Positions 55,051-64,000 of a DNA stretch of 64,000 nucleotides are shown here, piece by piece. The stretch comes from an uncultured bacterium (GTDB lineage: Bacteria; Patescibacteriota; Dojkabacteria; J137), in assembly GCA_963700155.1 (NCBI GenBank), contig OY969472.1, positions 936,690-1,000,689 of the forward strand. The letters are read 5' to 3'. Each line of letters starts with the position of its first letter. Positions within the stretch are counted from its first letter, which is position 1. A program made the position numbers and the translations under genes. The notes under the pieces are model-generated. The model searched no databases. It was given only the letters and a program-made list of their open reading frames with translations, and was not told where the DNA came from.

Positions 55051-55761
55051 ATGGATCCTTTCTTAGATAATATTAGAACTGGTAGAACTAATATAGTAGA
55101 TGTTTACTTTGATGATGTTACAACTCCTTCAGAATATGATCAAAGAAAAATTGAATTCCATGAAGATGTGATTGATAGAATAGTTGAAAAACTCTTTCAA
55201 CCTAATCCTTCAATTAAGACATCTGAAGATGAGGAGACCTTATCTACTTTTAATCGGCTAGATAATAAAAGATTTGTAATAACTCGTTTGGATTCAAAAT
55301 TGTTAGAGTTTTATAAAAATGGTGATGAAGCAGGAATTTTAGACTTACAAGCTGCAGTGACAGACACTAAAAAATTTTTGTTTGCTGCTGAGTTAACTGA
55401 TTGGGATTCAAGGTATGATATGAAAGAAATCATAGATATAAGTAATGATAAAAAATTTATAAAAGATATAATGATAAGGGCATTATTATTACTTTTGCTT
55501 TTAGGAACTACTTCAAATTTAGCTGATAATAAGTTTATTGAAACAATAAATTCTCTGAGTAAAAGCAATAAAGTAACTGTAGTAGAGTTTTTTGAAATTA
55601 TTGGAGATTTAATTGATAAAATGAATGAGCATATCGCTATTTTACATAGAAATACTAACAGAGTAGATATAGCTGTACTTTATTCTTACTTTCAATTTCG
55701 TAGAAAATATGTAAGAGATATTGTTGGAGATATAGTAAGAGTTGTGGGCAAGGAACCTTAA
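55051..55761 (+). CDS. hypothetical protein
   Basis: 236-aa ORF. Confidence 0.6.
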   Translation: MDPFLDNIRTGRTNIVDVYFDDVTTPSEYDQRKIEFHEDVIDRIVEKLFQPNPSIKTSEDEETLSTFNRLDNKRFVITRLDSKLLEFYKNGDEAGILDLQAAVTDTKKFLFAAELTDWDSRYDMKEIIDISNDKKFIKDIMIRALLLLLLLGTTSNLADNKFIETINSLSKSNKVTVVEFFEIIGDLIDKMNEHIAILHRNTNRVDIAVLYSYFQFRRKYVRDIVGDIVRVVGKEP

Positions 55762-55764
55762 TCC

Positions 55765-58245
55765 CTAAATTTTTTCTACTTCAAACTTCCCATTCTTAAA
55801 CTCAACTTTAATTTTATCTCCTTTAGTAATTTTGTCTTCTAGCATCATATTTGAAAGAAGATTATCTACTTCCCTTTGAACGGCTCTGCGAATTGGTCTT
55901 GCTCCAAACTGAGGGTCATAACTTTCTTTTGCCAACTGTTGAATTGCTGATTTCTCAAATTCAATATCAATTTCTTGTGCTTTCATTAAGTCTTTAGTGT
56001 TTTTTAATACAAGAGTAACTATCTTTTCAACTTCAGGTTCGCTTAATGCTTTGAACATTATGATTTCATCAAGCCTATTTAAAAATTCCGGTTTAAAATA
56101 TTTCTTTAAAATTTCAAATATTTCATTTTTAAGTTCGTTCCAATTTGGAATCATATCAGTAGCTTTTTTTAGTTTAACAAGGCTTTTTTCTGATTCTTGT
56201 GGTTTAATATCTTCTATCATTTCTGTAACTTCTTTAGCTCCGAGTGCTGCAAGAATTAAATCCGAACCAATATTACTTGTTGCAATAATAATTGTATTCT
56301 TGAAATCGATAACTCTTCCTTTCCCATCAGTAAGTTTCCCATCATCAAGAACTTGAAGAAGAATATTAAAGACATCCGGATGCGCTTTTTCAATCTCATC
56401 TAATAATATTACTGAATAAGGTTTTCTTCGAACTTTTTCTGTAAGTTGCCCTCCTTCTTCATAACCAACATATCCTGGTGGAGCTCCAATGAGTCTTGAA
56501 ACTGCAAATTTTTCCATATACTCACTCATATCAATTCTTATAATTGCGTCTTCATTCCCAAATACTAATTCGGCTAAAGCTTTAGCCAACTCTGTCTTAC
56601 CAACACCAGTTGGACCTAAGAACATAAAGGAAGCGATTGGTCTTTTTGGATCTTTCAACCCTGTTCTTGATCTTCTTATTGCTTGTGCAACAAGATGTAC
56701 AGCTTCATCCTGACCAATAATTCTTTCGTGAAGTTTTTCCTCCAAAGTAATTAAACTTTGCTTCTCTTCTTTATTAAGTTCTGTTATTGGCACTCCAGTC
56801 ATTCTTGAAATAACTTCATGAATATCAGCTACTGTTACTTCTGGAGTTCCTGTTCCTCTTTTTCTCATCCATTCGTTTTCTATTGGTTTTAATTCTTCTT
56901 TTAGTTGTTCAATTTTAACCTTAATTTCAGCAGCTTCTTTATGTTGACCTGCTCTTGTTAAAGATTCTCTCTCCATTTCCATTTTTTGAATTTGGTTTTT
57001 CAAGTTTCTTAAATTATCCGGTTCGCTAGTAAATCTAAGTCTTACTCTGCTGGCTGCTTCATCTATAACATCAATTGCCTTATCGGGTAGGAATCTGTTT
57101 TTTATATATCTATTGGAAAGATGAGCAGCAGCTTTTAAAGCTTCATCAGTGATTTTTAATTTGTGATGAGCTTCATATCGTTCTTTTATTCCTTCTAGAA
57201 TTTGAATTGATTCTTCAACAGAAGGTTCTTCAACTAGAACTGGCTGGAATCTTCTTTCCAAAGCTGCATCTTTCTCAATATATTTTTGATATTCATTTAA
57301 AGTTGTTGCTCCGATAACCTGCAGCTCACCACGGGCAAGTGCCGGTTTTATCATATTAGAAAAATCTAATTCACCTTGCTGTGCACCACTTCCTACAATT
57401 GTATGTAGTTCGTCTATAAATAGAATTATGTTTCTTTCAGCTTTTTCTAAATCTTGAATTAATTTTTTTGAACGCTCTTCAAACTCACCTCTGAATTTAG
57501 AACCTGCAACCATACTAGCAAGGTCGAGTGATTTAACTTTTTTGTCTTTTAAAATATCAGGCACTTGCCCGCTTACAATTCTTTGGGCAAGACCTTCTGC
57601 GATTGCAGTTTTCCCTACTCCTGGTTCTCCAATTAAAACAGGATTATTCTTTTTTCTTCGAGATAATATTTCTACAACTCTGGTTATTTCTTCATCCCTA
57701 CCAATTACGGGATCGATCTTATCTTCTTTAGCTAATTCAGTCAGATCTTTGGTAAATGCATCAAGAGTTGGAGTTTCACTTTTCTTTTCAATGTGAGAAC
57801 CTTCTTTATCACCTTCTCCGACAACTTTAACTACAGCTTGTCTTGCTTGAGAATGTGATATTGAATACTTTTTTAGAATTTGTGCAGCCAACCCTTCACT
57901 CTCTACAATTAATCCTAAGAATAAATGTTCAGTTCCAATGTAGTTATGCCCTAGTTCTAAGGCTTCTTGGTATGCAAGTTGGATTACCTGACTCGCTCTT
58001 GGAGTGAAGGTTGGCTGCATTCCTGAATAATTTCCATCGGCTATCTGTACTTCTAATAAGTCTTTAAGTTCTTCAGGATTAATACCTAATTCTTTGAATA
58101 CACGTTTCATTACAACCTCATCTTGGCAAAGTCCATAAAGCAGATGTTCAGTATCAATCGATCTTTGATGCTTTTTTATTGCAAATTCTGCAGCTGATTG
58201 AATTGCTTCATTAGTTCTGTTCGAAAAAAGTGCTGAAATATCCAT
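55765..58245 (-). CDS. clpC: ATP-dependent Clp protease ATPase subunit (ClpC type)
   Basis: Clp-N repeats (TEHL), [16 protein letters not shown], short UVR-like middle domain, GARP. Confidence 0.9.
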   Translation of the reverse strand: MDISALFSNRTNEAIQSAAEFAIKKHQRSIDTEHLLYGLCQDEVVMKRVFKELGINPEELKDLLEVQIADGNYSGMQPTFTPRASQVIQLAYQEALELGHNYIGTEHLFLGLIVESEGLAAQILKKYSISHSQARQAVVKVVGEGDKEGSHIEKKSETPTLDAFTKDLTELAKEDKIDPVIGRDEEITRVVEILSRRKKNNPVLIGEPGVGKTAIAEGLAQRIVSGQVPDILKDKKVKSLDLASMVAGSKFRGEFEERSKKLIQDLEKAERNIILFIDELHTIVGSGAQQGELDFSNMIKPALARGELQVIGATTLNEYQKYIEKDAALERRFQPVLVEEPSVEESIQILEGIKERYEAHHKLKITDEALKAAAHLSNRYIKNRFLPDKAIDVIDEAASRVRLRFTSEPDNLRNLKNQIQKMEMERESLTRAGQHKEAAEIKVKIEQLKEELKPIENEWMRKRGTGTPEVTVADIHEVISRMTGVPITELNKEEKQSLITLEEKLHERIIGQDEAVHLVAQAIRRSRTGLKDPKRPIASFMFLGPTGVGKTELAKALAELVFGNEDAIIRIDMSEYMEKFAVSRLIGAPPGYVGYEEGGQLTEKVRRKPYSVILLDEIEKAHPDVFNILLQVLDDGKLTDGKGRVIDFKNTIIIATSNIGSDLILAALGAKEVTEMIEDIKPQESEKSLVKLKKATDMIPNWNELKNEIFEILKKYFKPEFLNRLDEIIMFKALSEPEVEKIVTLVLKNTKDLMKAQEIDIEFEKSAIQQLAKESYDPQFGARPIRRAVQREVDNLLSNMMLEDKITKGDKIKVEFKNGKFEVEKI

Positions 58246-58336
58246 TGAATTATTATTAAGAAATATCAGTAATATGAATTCATGTGTAATTCATATAAGT
58301 TCATTATATTTTTTTTAGAATTTTAATAAAATAATT

Positions 58337-58363
58337 TTAGCAGATAGTTGATTAAACTGCTAA
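58337..58363. promoter_or_regulatory. CIRCE-like (HrcA) operator
   Basis: TTAGCAGAT-N9-AACTGCTAA compared with consensus TTAGCACTC-N9-GAGTGCTAA; upstream of clpC. Confidence 0.65.
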
Positions 58364-58447
58364 TTTTATTGAAAAACGACTGTTTTAAACATAGAATAAG
58401 TAAGTTCATATAAATTTATTGAATGAGCATTCCAGACTTTTGACTTA

Positions 58448-61400
58448 ATGAATTTTGTAATAAAAAAACACTCTAAAATCTCGAAATTGTTTAATCCAAT
58501 TGTGATTGTTTTTGCCCTTATATTGATTGCTTCAACTTATTCACTGTTAAGGGATTTGAGTACATCCGGATTAAGACCTTTTGGTGTTATTAATGATATT
58601 TTTGCACAAGTTACGGGAACGGCAACTATAAATCAAACCACCACAGCTGCTCTCTCAGGTGATTACCAAATAATTGACAGCTGGGGAAGATGTCTTGTTG
58701 ATAATCCTAATGCGAAAAAGAAGATTCAGACTGTCGCTGAAAGTGGTTATTCTACTGGACTTGATATAACTTCAAAAGCTGGATTGAATCAAGGATTGCC
58801 TTTAAGTAGTTCTGATTGGGGGACTGAAATGGATTTTATGAAGGCTGCGAATATAAATATGAGTTATATTGAAATGTTAGCTATTAGTCCTGGTGATAGC
58901 GGAATTGCTTCAACATTTGTACAGGAAGCTAATGCTGAGGGGAAATTCCCAGTGATTAGGCTTTGCTATGTTGGTGGTTGTAAATTTTCAGGTGGAGCTA
59001 ATGATATTGTTAAATTTTATACCGATCTAGAGAATGAATTAGCTGGTAAAGATGTAGTTTATGTTGGTGTTGTTGGCCCAAATGAACCAAATACAGGGAC
59101 TCCTACAGAAATGTCTGGATTCGGACTAGCGGATAATGATTATGCAGCAGCAGTAGATATGTCTAATAACGCAGCAAAAAGACTTCAATTTGCACGAGCT
59201 GAAAATGGAGGTCATATGTATATTGCGCCGGTAATCTTCAATATGCCCAATGGGGTAGATATCCCTGAATATTTATTCTCAACAACCCATGCAACTATCA
59301 ATCCTGAGTTATATGATTTTCTTATGGGTAATACTTACAACATAGCTGATGGTTCTGCAGTTAATTGGTATGAAACATATGGGATGAAAAAGTATGTTGA
59401 AGATCATTCAGAATTGCTTACTTTAATTAGTGAATTTGGTTATTCAGCAGGAACTTTAGCTCAATTTAAACAGTCATATCAAACATTATGTAATGATGAT
59501 ACAGTTGACGGGATATTATTCTATAGACCAGATAATCCAGAGCTTCCAGCTGGCGAACCTGGAAATAGACAAGATCCACCGATTAATTCAAAAGTTCTTA
59601 ACCAAATTATTAGCACTTGTAGTAAAGAACCTCAAAAATTAAAGAGTAAAAATTCAGCGTGGTTGAATTGTAATTTTGATTCATGTATCTCAAAAGATTA
59701 TACTTATTCATCAAGGAGTATTGCACATCCGGTCACACCTGTTATTGTAACTTCTAGCGGAGCACCAAATAGTAAAGCACCGGCAAGCTGTAATCCAAAT
59801 GCTTATTCTGTTTATAATTCACAAAACGTTTTAAATATAGGTGCATCAAATAAAGATCAATCTAAAATAATTTTAATTGGAGATAGTGAAACCTTTAATG
59901 ATCCTTTACCAAATTCAATAAATATTGGAGCACCCGGAGCAAGCACGTATTGGTTTTTAGGCAATGATCCAATTGATCCTAACAATTCGAGCAAGACTAA
60001 AGCTAAGAAAGATTTTGAAAACTCTTTAAATTTAAATGCTTTTGCAGCAATAATAATGCTAGGAACAAACGATTGTGGAGGGGTAGATATTACAAAATTT
60101 AAAGAGAATCTAACTTCAATCGCCAAACAATATGCACAAGCAGGTATTATTCCGATTTTAAGTACTTTCCCTGAAAGAGATGTCGGAACTGCAACTGCCC
60201 ATAAACTTCCTGGGTGTGAAAATACAACTGATACGTTTAACTCTGCAATAAAAAGTATTGCTTCTACTAACGGCTGGCCTTTAAGAGATGGGACCCAAAT
60301 GGTTGAAATCTCGGATTTAGGAGACGATGGATTGCATATAAGTGATTATTCCTGTTTAGACTCAGGTACAAACGAATTATTAAATAAATTAAGAGCAATC
60401 TTAGGTGGAGCTCCTTTTAAAGATGGAAGTTATGAAGCTGACTATACCTCTGCTCCATCGCAAGATTCAAATCAAAAAGCTTGGCTGACTATAAAATGTT
60501 CCGGTGACGGTTGTACTGCTAAACAGATAAATACAATTCAAACTTGGCTTCCAATAAAAAGCCTCGGCAGTACAACCGCCACCAATTCAACTAAATACAG
60601 ATCTGACACTCCATCTTGTGTTGAACTTGCAACTCAAGTTCATTCTGACCAGTATGACTTGTTAAATCAATTCGCTGGAAAGTTAAGTTCAGGAAGTAGC
60701 ACTTATCCTATGCCTTGGCTCGGCTCATTAATAAATTGTCTTTCTGAAATGGCGGATTATACTCAGGATTTTGCTGGTCAACCTCAAGTTCAGCAGGATT
60801 TTAATCCACATCCATTTTCAAAAAAATCAGAAGCAGATATTGAAACTAAATCTGATATTGCAAGGGGACTTGCAAAATCTCCTATTAATTCTGAATCAGT
60901 AGATAAAATTTATGCTGAGTTAGAAAATACAACAATCGAAATTCCTGATGAAAGAAGTATTTGTCTGAAAGATAATAAGACAGGTGTTGAGAATTGTTAT
61001 GATTCATCTTCAGCTGAAGTTTTGAAGCTTTTTAAAGCATATGACGCTTTTTCAGTACCGGCTAATTATTACGACTTGGATTACAAGAACTCATTAGGAA
61101 CACTGTCGAATATGATTTATCTACAAAATAAAGATGATATGCTTCCTGGTCCCGAAATTAATGTTGGAAGTGATTCTACAAATTTCTCTGCGGGAGATTT
61201 GTGTAGAAGATATGGGATAAGAAAAATTGATGATGAAACGAAGAATAATTATAGATTTACTGAAAATTTAAATTGTACATTAAATCCGCAAGCATTGTTT
61301 GATTCAAATCAGATAATTTACTGTTCCAGTGTATTATCAAATTTTACCCTTCAAAGCGATGCTTTTAAAAATGGTGAGTTATCATATTTTACTGATTCAA

Positions 61401-63466
61401 GATATGCAAATTGTCTGACATACAATCCATCAAGTAAAGATAGAATTGAATATGCTACACAAAATTACGCTAATGCTCCAAGTTATAATATAGAAGGAGC
61501 ATATGATGCCCTTTATAAGCTTTACCTTCGACTCGAAAATGAAATGTCAGCAGGTAATAAGAAAGTTGTTTTTCAAAAAGATATCGGATGGACAGCAGAA
61601 GTTGATTCAATTATTCGGGACGGCAATCAGCCTGTAGATCTTGGAGACTATTTATATAAAGGAGAATATAATACAAGTCAGTGTGTTAGTGTAGATTTTT
61701 TTGATAATAAAACTGCAAAAGCTAGAGGCGGTTCAGTCAAAAAAAGTACTTCCTACTATGAGGAGCTAGGAGCTTTAGAGCCTATGCAGGAATGGATTGA
61801 TGTATATACCAAAGGAACAAGTGTGCCGGATGTTCAAGAAGGTTTTGTGACATCTGTATCTAGTGCAATTACGACAGACCAGCAGCTGAGTCAAGGTGTA
61901 ACTAATCCGTTTTATGATCCAGCAGATGTCACAAAACCTAATAATGACAAAAAATCAATTCTAGTTTCAGGGCTTGCAAGTCAGTTTTTAAATTTTCCGT
62001 TATTAACTTGTGACCAGGTAAGAGTTGGTGAAAATTATTCTAACGAAGAATTATTTAATGCTTTAAGATCGATGGATAGATATAAGAGTCTGTCTGATGA
62101 TCAAGTCCAGCAACTAGCAGATCAAGTTTGGCCTTTAAAAAATAAAGTTGAAAAAGGAAGCATTCCAGCATGCATCGCGTTAAGTAATGATAATGAAATT
62201 CAAGACACTATGGCACAATTTTTGTGTAATCAAGGATATTCGATACCAGGAGTTTGTAATGCAAATAGTGAACTTAATAAGTGTATTTATAAAGATGATG
62301 AAATTACTTCAAGTCAGTATACATGTCCAGTTACATCTAATGGTAATACTGCGATTTGTATAGAAGGACCACTTGTTGGTACTCATGCATCATCTCATTT
62401 GAATGCTTTAGATTTAGCAGGCGATACTTTAGTTGCTCCATTTGATGGTGTTGTAGCAAAAGCTGTTACAGCATACCCATATTGTATAGGTGGGGGAACA
62501 GCTGGTGGAGCTGTATTTTATACTGGTATGTTCCAAGGCCAAAAAACTACGTTGTTCTTTTATCATATAAAAGTTACATCCGGATTGCAGGGAAAAACAT
62601 TTAAGAAGGGTGAGGTGATTGCAAATACAGTAACTGCATCAGATCCAAGCGTTACAAGTACTTCATGTTTGGGAAGTCCACAGCATTCTCACATAGAAAT
62701 CTCAAATGATAAATTTCAGACAAACCAACCAGGTGACATAAGGTCTATTATTTATGGAATGGGTTGTAAACAGGGAAGTGCCTCTTCATGTCAATTGCAA
62801 AGTGACTCAACTTTACAATGTGATTCTGAGCAGCTTCCTCCAAATATAATTCCTGGTGGAAAATGTAATGAGTTTAACTGCGGCTTAGGAACAAATAACG
62901 ATTTTGCGTCTTCACTTCAATGCATAACCAGTTTAGGATATTTAAGAGGAGATACTGATAAAGCTGTAGATATTTATGGCCCATTTTGTGACAATGAAAC
63001 TTATAAATCTGGAGTGTTACCTTTTGGACATAATTTAATGCAGTTTTATGATTCTTATCTAAAGCCGGGAACTACCGGTGGTAGAGTATGTAGTGAACTT
63101 CCACCTGATCAAGCAAGGCCTGAAGACATAGGAATGGCTTGCCCTACATTTAGCATAAGATATGGAACTGAGGCATATAATTATTATCGAGGAGCTTTAA
63201 TAAGATGTCCAATCCCTGAAGATCAGCGCGGGTGGACCTCAGCTAATAGTTTTGGAAGAGATCCTGTTGACCTTGCAGATTATCTAATGAATACTTTAAA
63301 TGTTAATTATAATGGTTTATATTTAAAAAATACTCCAAAATCTAAGGTGGTTGCAGTATTAACTCAAGCTAAACAACAAAATATTAATCCATTTATTATA
63401 TTAGGAATATGGGGCACAGAATCATGGTTCGGACAATTCAGTGCTCAATGTAACTCTACATCTTAA
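58448..63466 (+). CDS. large Cys-rich exported multi-domain hydrolase (GH-A-like, SGNH, M23, lysozyme-like)
   Basis: GPNEPN..ISEFG; GDS..GTND..DGLH; H..ALD..HSH; ILGIWGTESWFG. Confidence 0.75.
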   Translation: MNFVIKKHSKISKLFNPIVIVFALILIASTYSLLRDLSTSGLRPFGVINDIFAQVTGTATINQTTTAALSGDYQIIDSWGRCLVDNPNAKKKIQTVAESGYSTGLDITSKAGLNQGLPLSSSDWGTEMDFMKAANINMSYIEMLAISPGDSGIASTFVQEANAEGKFPVIRLCYVGGCKFSGGANDIVKFYTDLENELAGKDVVYVGVVGPNEPNTGTPTEMSGFGLADNDYAAAVDMSNNAAKRLQFARAENGGHMYIAPVIFNMPNGVDIPEYLFSTTHATINPELYDFLMGNTYNIADGSAVNWYETYGMKKYVEDHSELLTLISEFGYSAGTLAQFKQSYQTLCNDDTVDGILFYRPDNPELPAGEPGNRQDPPINSKVLNQIISTCSKEPQKLKSKNSAWLNCNFDSCISKDYTYSSRSIAHPVTPVIVTSSGAPNSKAPASCNPNAYSVYNSQNVLNIGASNKDQSKIILIGDSETFNDPLPNSINIGAPGASTYWFLGNDPIDPNNSSKTKAKKDFENSLNLNAFAAIIMLGTNDCGGVDITKFKENLTSIAKQYAQAGIIPILSTFPERDVGTATAHKLPGCENTTDTFNSAIKSIASTNGWPLRDGTQMVEISDLGDDGLHISDYSCLDSGTNELLNKLRAILGGAPFKDGSYEADYTSAPSQDSNQKAWLTIKCSGDGCTAKQINTIQTWLPIKSLGSTTATNSTKYRSDTPSCVELATQVHSDQYDLLNQFAGKLSSGSSTYPMPWLGSLINCLSEMADYTQDFAGQPQVQQDFNPHPFSKKSEADIETKSDIARGLAKSPINSESVDKIYAELENTTIEIPDERSICLKDNKTGVENCYDSSSAEVLKLFKAYDAFSVPANYYDLDYKNSLGTLSNMIYLQNKDDMLPGPEINVGSDSTNFSAGDLCRRYGIRKIDDETKNNYRFTENLNCTLNPQALFDSNQIIYCSSVLSNFTLQSDAFKNGELSYFTDSRYANCLTYNPSSKDRIEYATQNYANAPSYNIEGAYDALYKLYLRLENEMSAGNKKVVFQKDIGWTAEVDSIIRDGNQPVDLGDYLYKGEYNTSQCVSVDFFDNKTAKARGGSVKKSTSYYEELGALEPMQEWIDVYTKGTSVPDVQEGFVTSVSSAITTDQQLSQGVTNPFYDPADVTKPNNDKKSILVSGLASQFLNFPLLTCDQVRVGENYSNEELFNALRSMDRYKSLSDDQVQQLADQVWPLKNKVEKGSIPACIALSNDNEIQDTMAQFLCNQGYSIPGVCNANSELNKCIYKDDEITSSQYTCPVTSNGNTAICIEGPLVGTHASSHLNALDLAGDTLVAPFDGVVAKAVTAYPYCIGGGTAGGAVFYTGMFQGQKTTLFFYHIKVTSGLQGKTFKKGEVIANTVTASDPSVTSTSCLGSPQHSHIEISNDKFQTNQPGDIRSIIYGMGCKQGSASSCQLQSDSTLQCDSEQLPPNIIPGGKCNEFNCGLGTNNDFASSLQCITSLGYLRGDTDKAVDIYGPFCDNETYKSGVLPFGHNLMQFYDSYLKPGTTGGRVCSELPPDQARPEDIGMACPTFSIRYGTEAYNYYRGALIRCPIPEDQRGWTSANSFGRDPVDLADYLMNTLNVNYNGLYLKNTPKSKVVAVLTQAKQQNINPFIILGIWGTESWFGQFSAQCNSTS

Positions 63467-63475
63467 AATTTATTA

Positions 63476-63880
63476 ATGAAAAAATTAAAATTACCAAAAA
63501 TTGATTTAAAAAATATTAATTTTAACACAGTTATTCCTTTCCTTATTGGTTTAGTTATTCTTTTTGGGATAATTTATGTGATTTTTTTAAGGCCGATTCT
63601 CTCCCCTTCAGAAACACCAGTAAGTTCTCCGGCAACTTTACAAGAAGAACAGCAGCAATATCATCAAGATTTAACAAGCGAGCTCTTCCCAATTCTTCCA
63701 TATGCCAGTGATGATTATTTAATCACATTGGAAACTATTGACGGAACAAAATATATTGTAATATATTCAGACAAAGAGGTGAAAAATTCTTTACAAAAAG
63801 CTTATTTATTCCTTCAGCAATATGGCATTCTTCCTGGTGATCCAAGATTGAAATTAAAAGATTTAGTGCATGGGTTATAA
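63476..63880 (+). CDS. membrane-anchored hypothetical protein
   Basis: single TM; co-oriented just downstream of the giant gene. Confidence 0.65.
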   Translation: MKKLKLPKIDLKNINFNTVIPFLIGLVILFGIIYVIFLRPILSPSETPVSSPATLQEEQQQYHQDLTSELFPILPYASDDYLITLETIDGTKYIVIYSDKEVKNSLQKAYLFLQQYGILPGDPRLKLKDLVHGL

Positions 63881-64000
63881 TGACAAAATCTCCATTTCAG
63901 GTTAGAATTGTTTGCTGCAAATTAAAGTTATTTTTATAAATTTATTATGTTCAAATTAGGAAAATTTAAATCTTTTTTAGACCTCAACCAAAATCAAGTA

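Noticed and set aside
55997-57796. antisense ORFs within clpC (and similar ones in the ATPase, antiporter and recombinase genes)
   Set aside because: They lie opposite well-supported genes and show no motifs.
1-64000. CRISPR array, cas genes, rRNA, reverse transcriptase/DGR
   Set aside because: I saw no regularly spaced repeat-spacer series, no rRNA-like tract and no RT motifs.

Overview
AT-rich bacterial DNA using the standard genetic code. Gene content (DUF5667/DUF5659-like small proteins, sortases, short ObgE, many orphan membrane proteins) suggests a Patescibacteria/CPR genome; this is inference. The main feature is a ~24.8 kb tandem island (2597-27420) at the 3' end of a tRNA-His locus. 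Four copies of TGGGGT-N6-TGG (2597, 4427, 19486, 27415) divide it into three units: an integrase-less ars cassette, a 15 kb defence/cargo element (R-M, AbiV, tyrosine recombinase, large serine recombinase) and a 7.9 kb phage-satellite-like element (TerS, primase Zn-finger, AAA helicase, large serine recombinase). The core motif lies in frame inside the 3' end of each serine recombinase gene, so each integrase appears to carry a C-terminal tail donated by its neighbour. Orphan tails that differ mostly by synonymous changes sit at the far ends of the units. The target tRNA-His is itself split, with a second intact tRNA-His nested inside it. The rest of the window holds obgE, an ECF sigma/anti-sigma/oxidoreductase module, a P3A-type ATPase, three more tRNAs, several GC-rich hairpin-bounded genes, clpC with a CIRCE-like box, and a 1672-aa multi-domain hydrolase. 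All calls come from motif reading only; no database searches were run.
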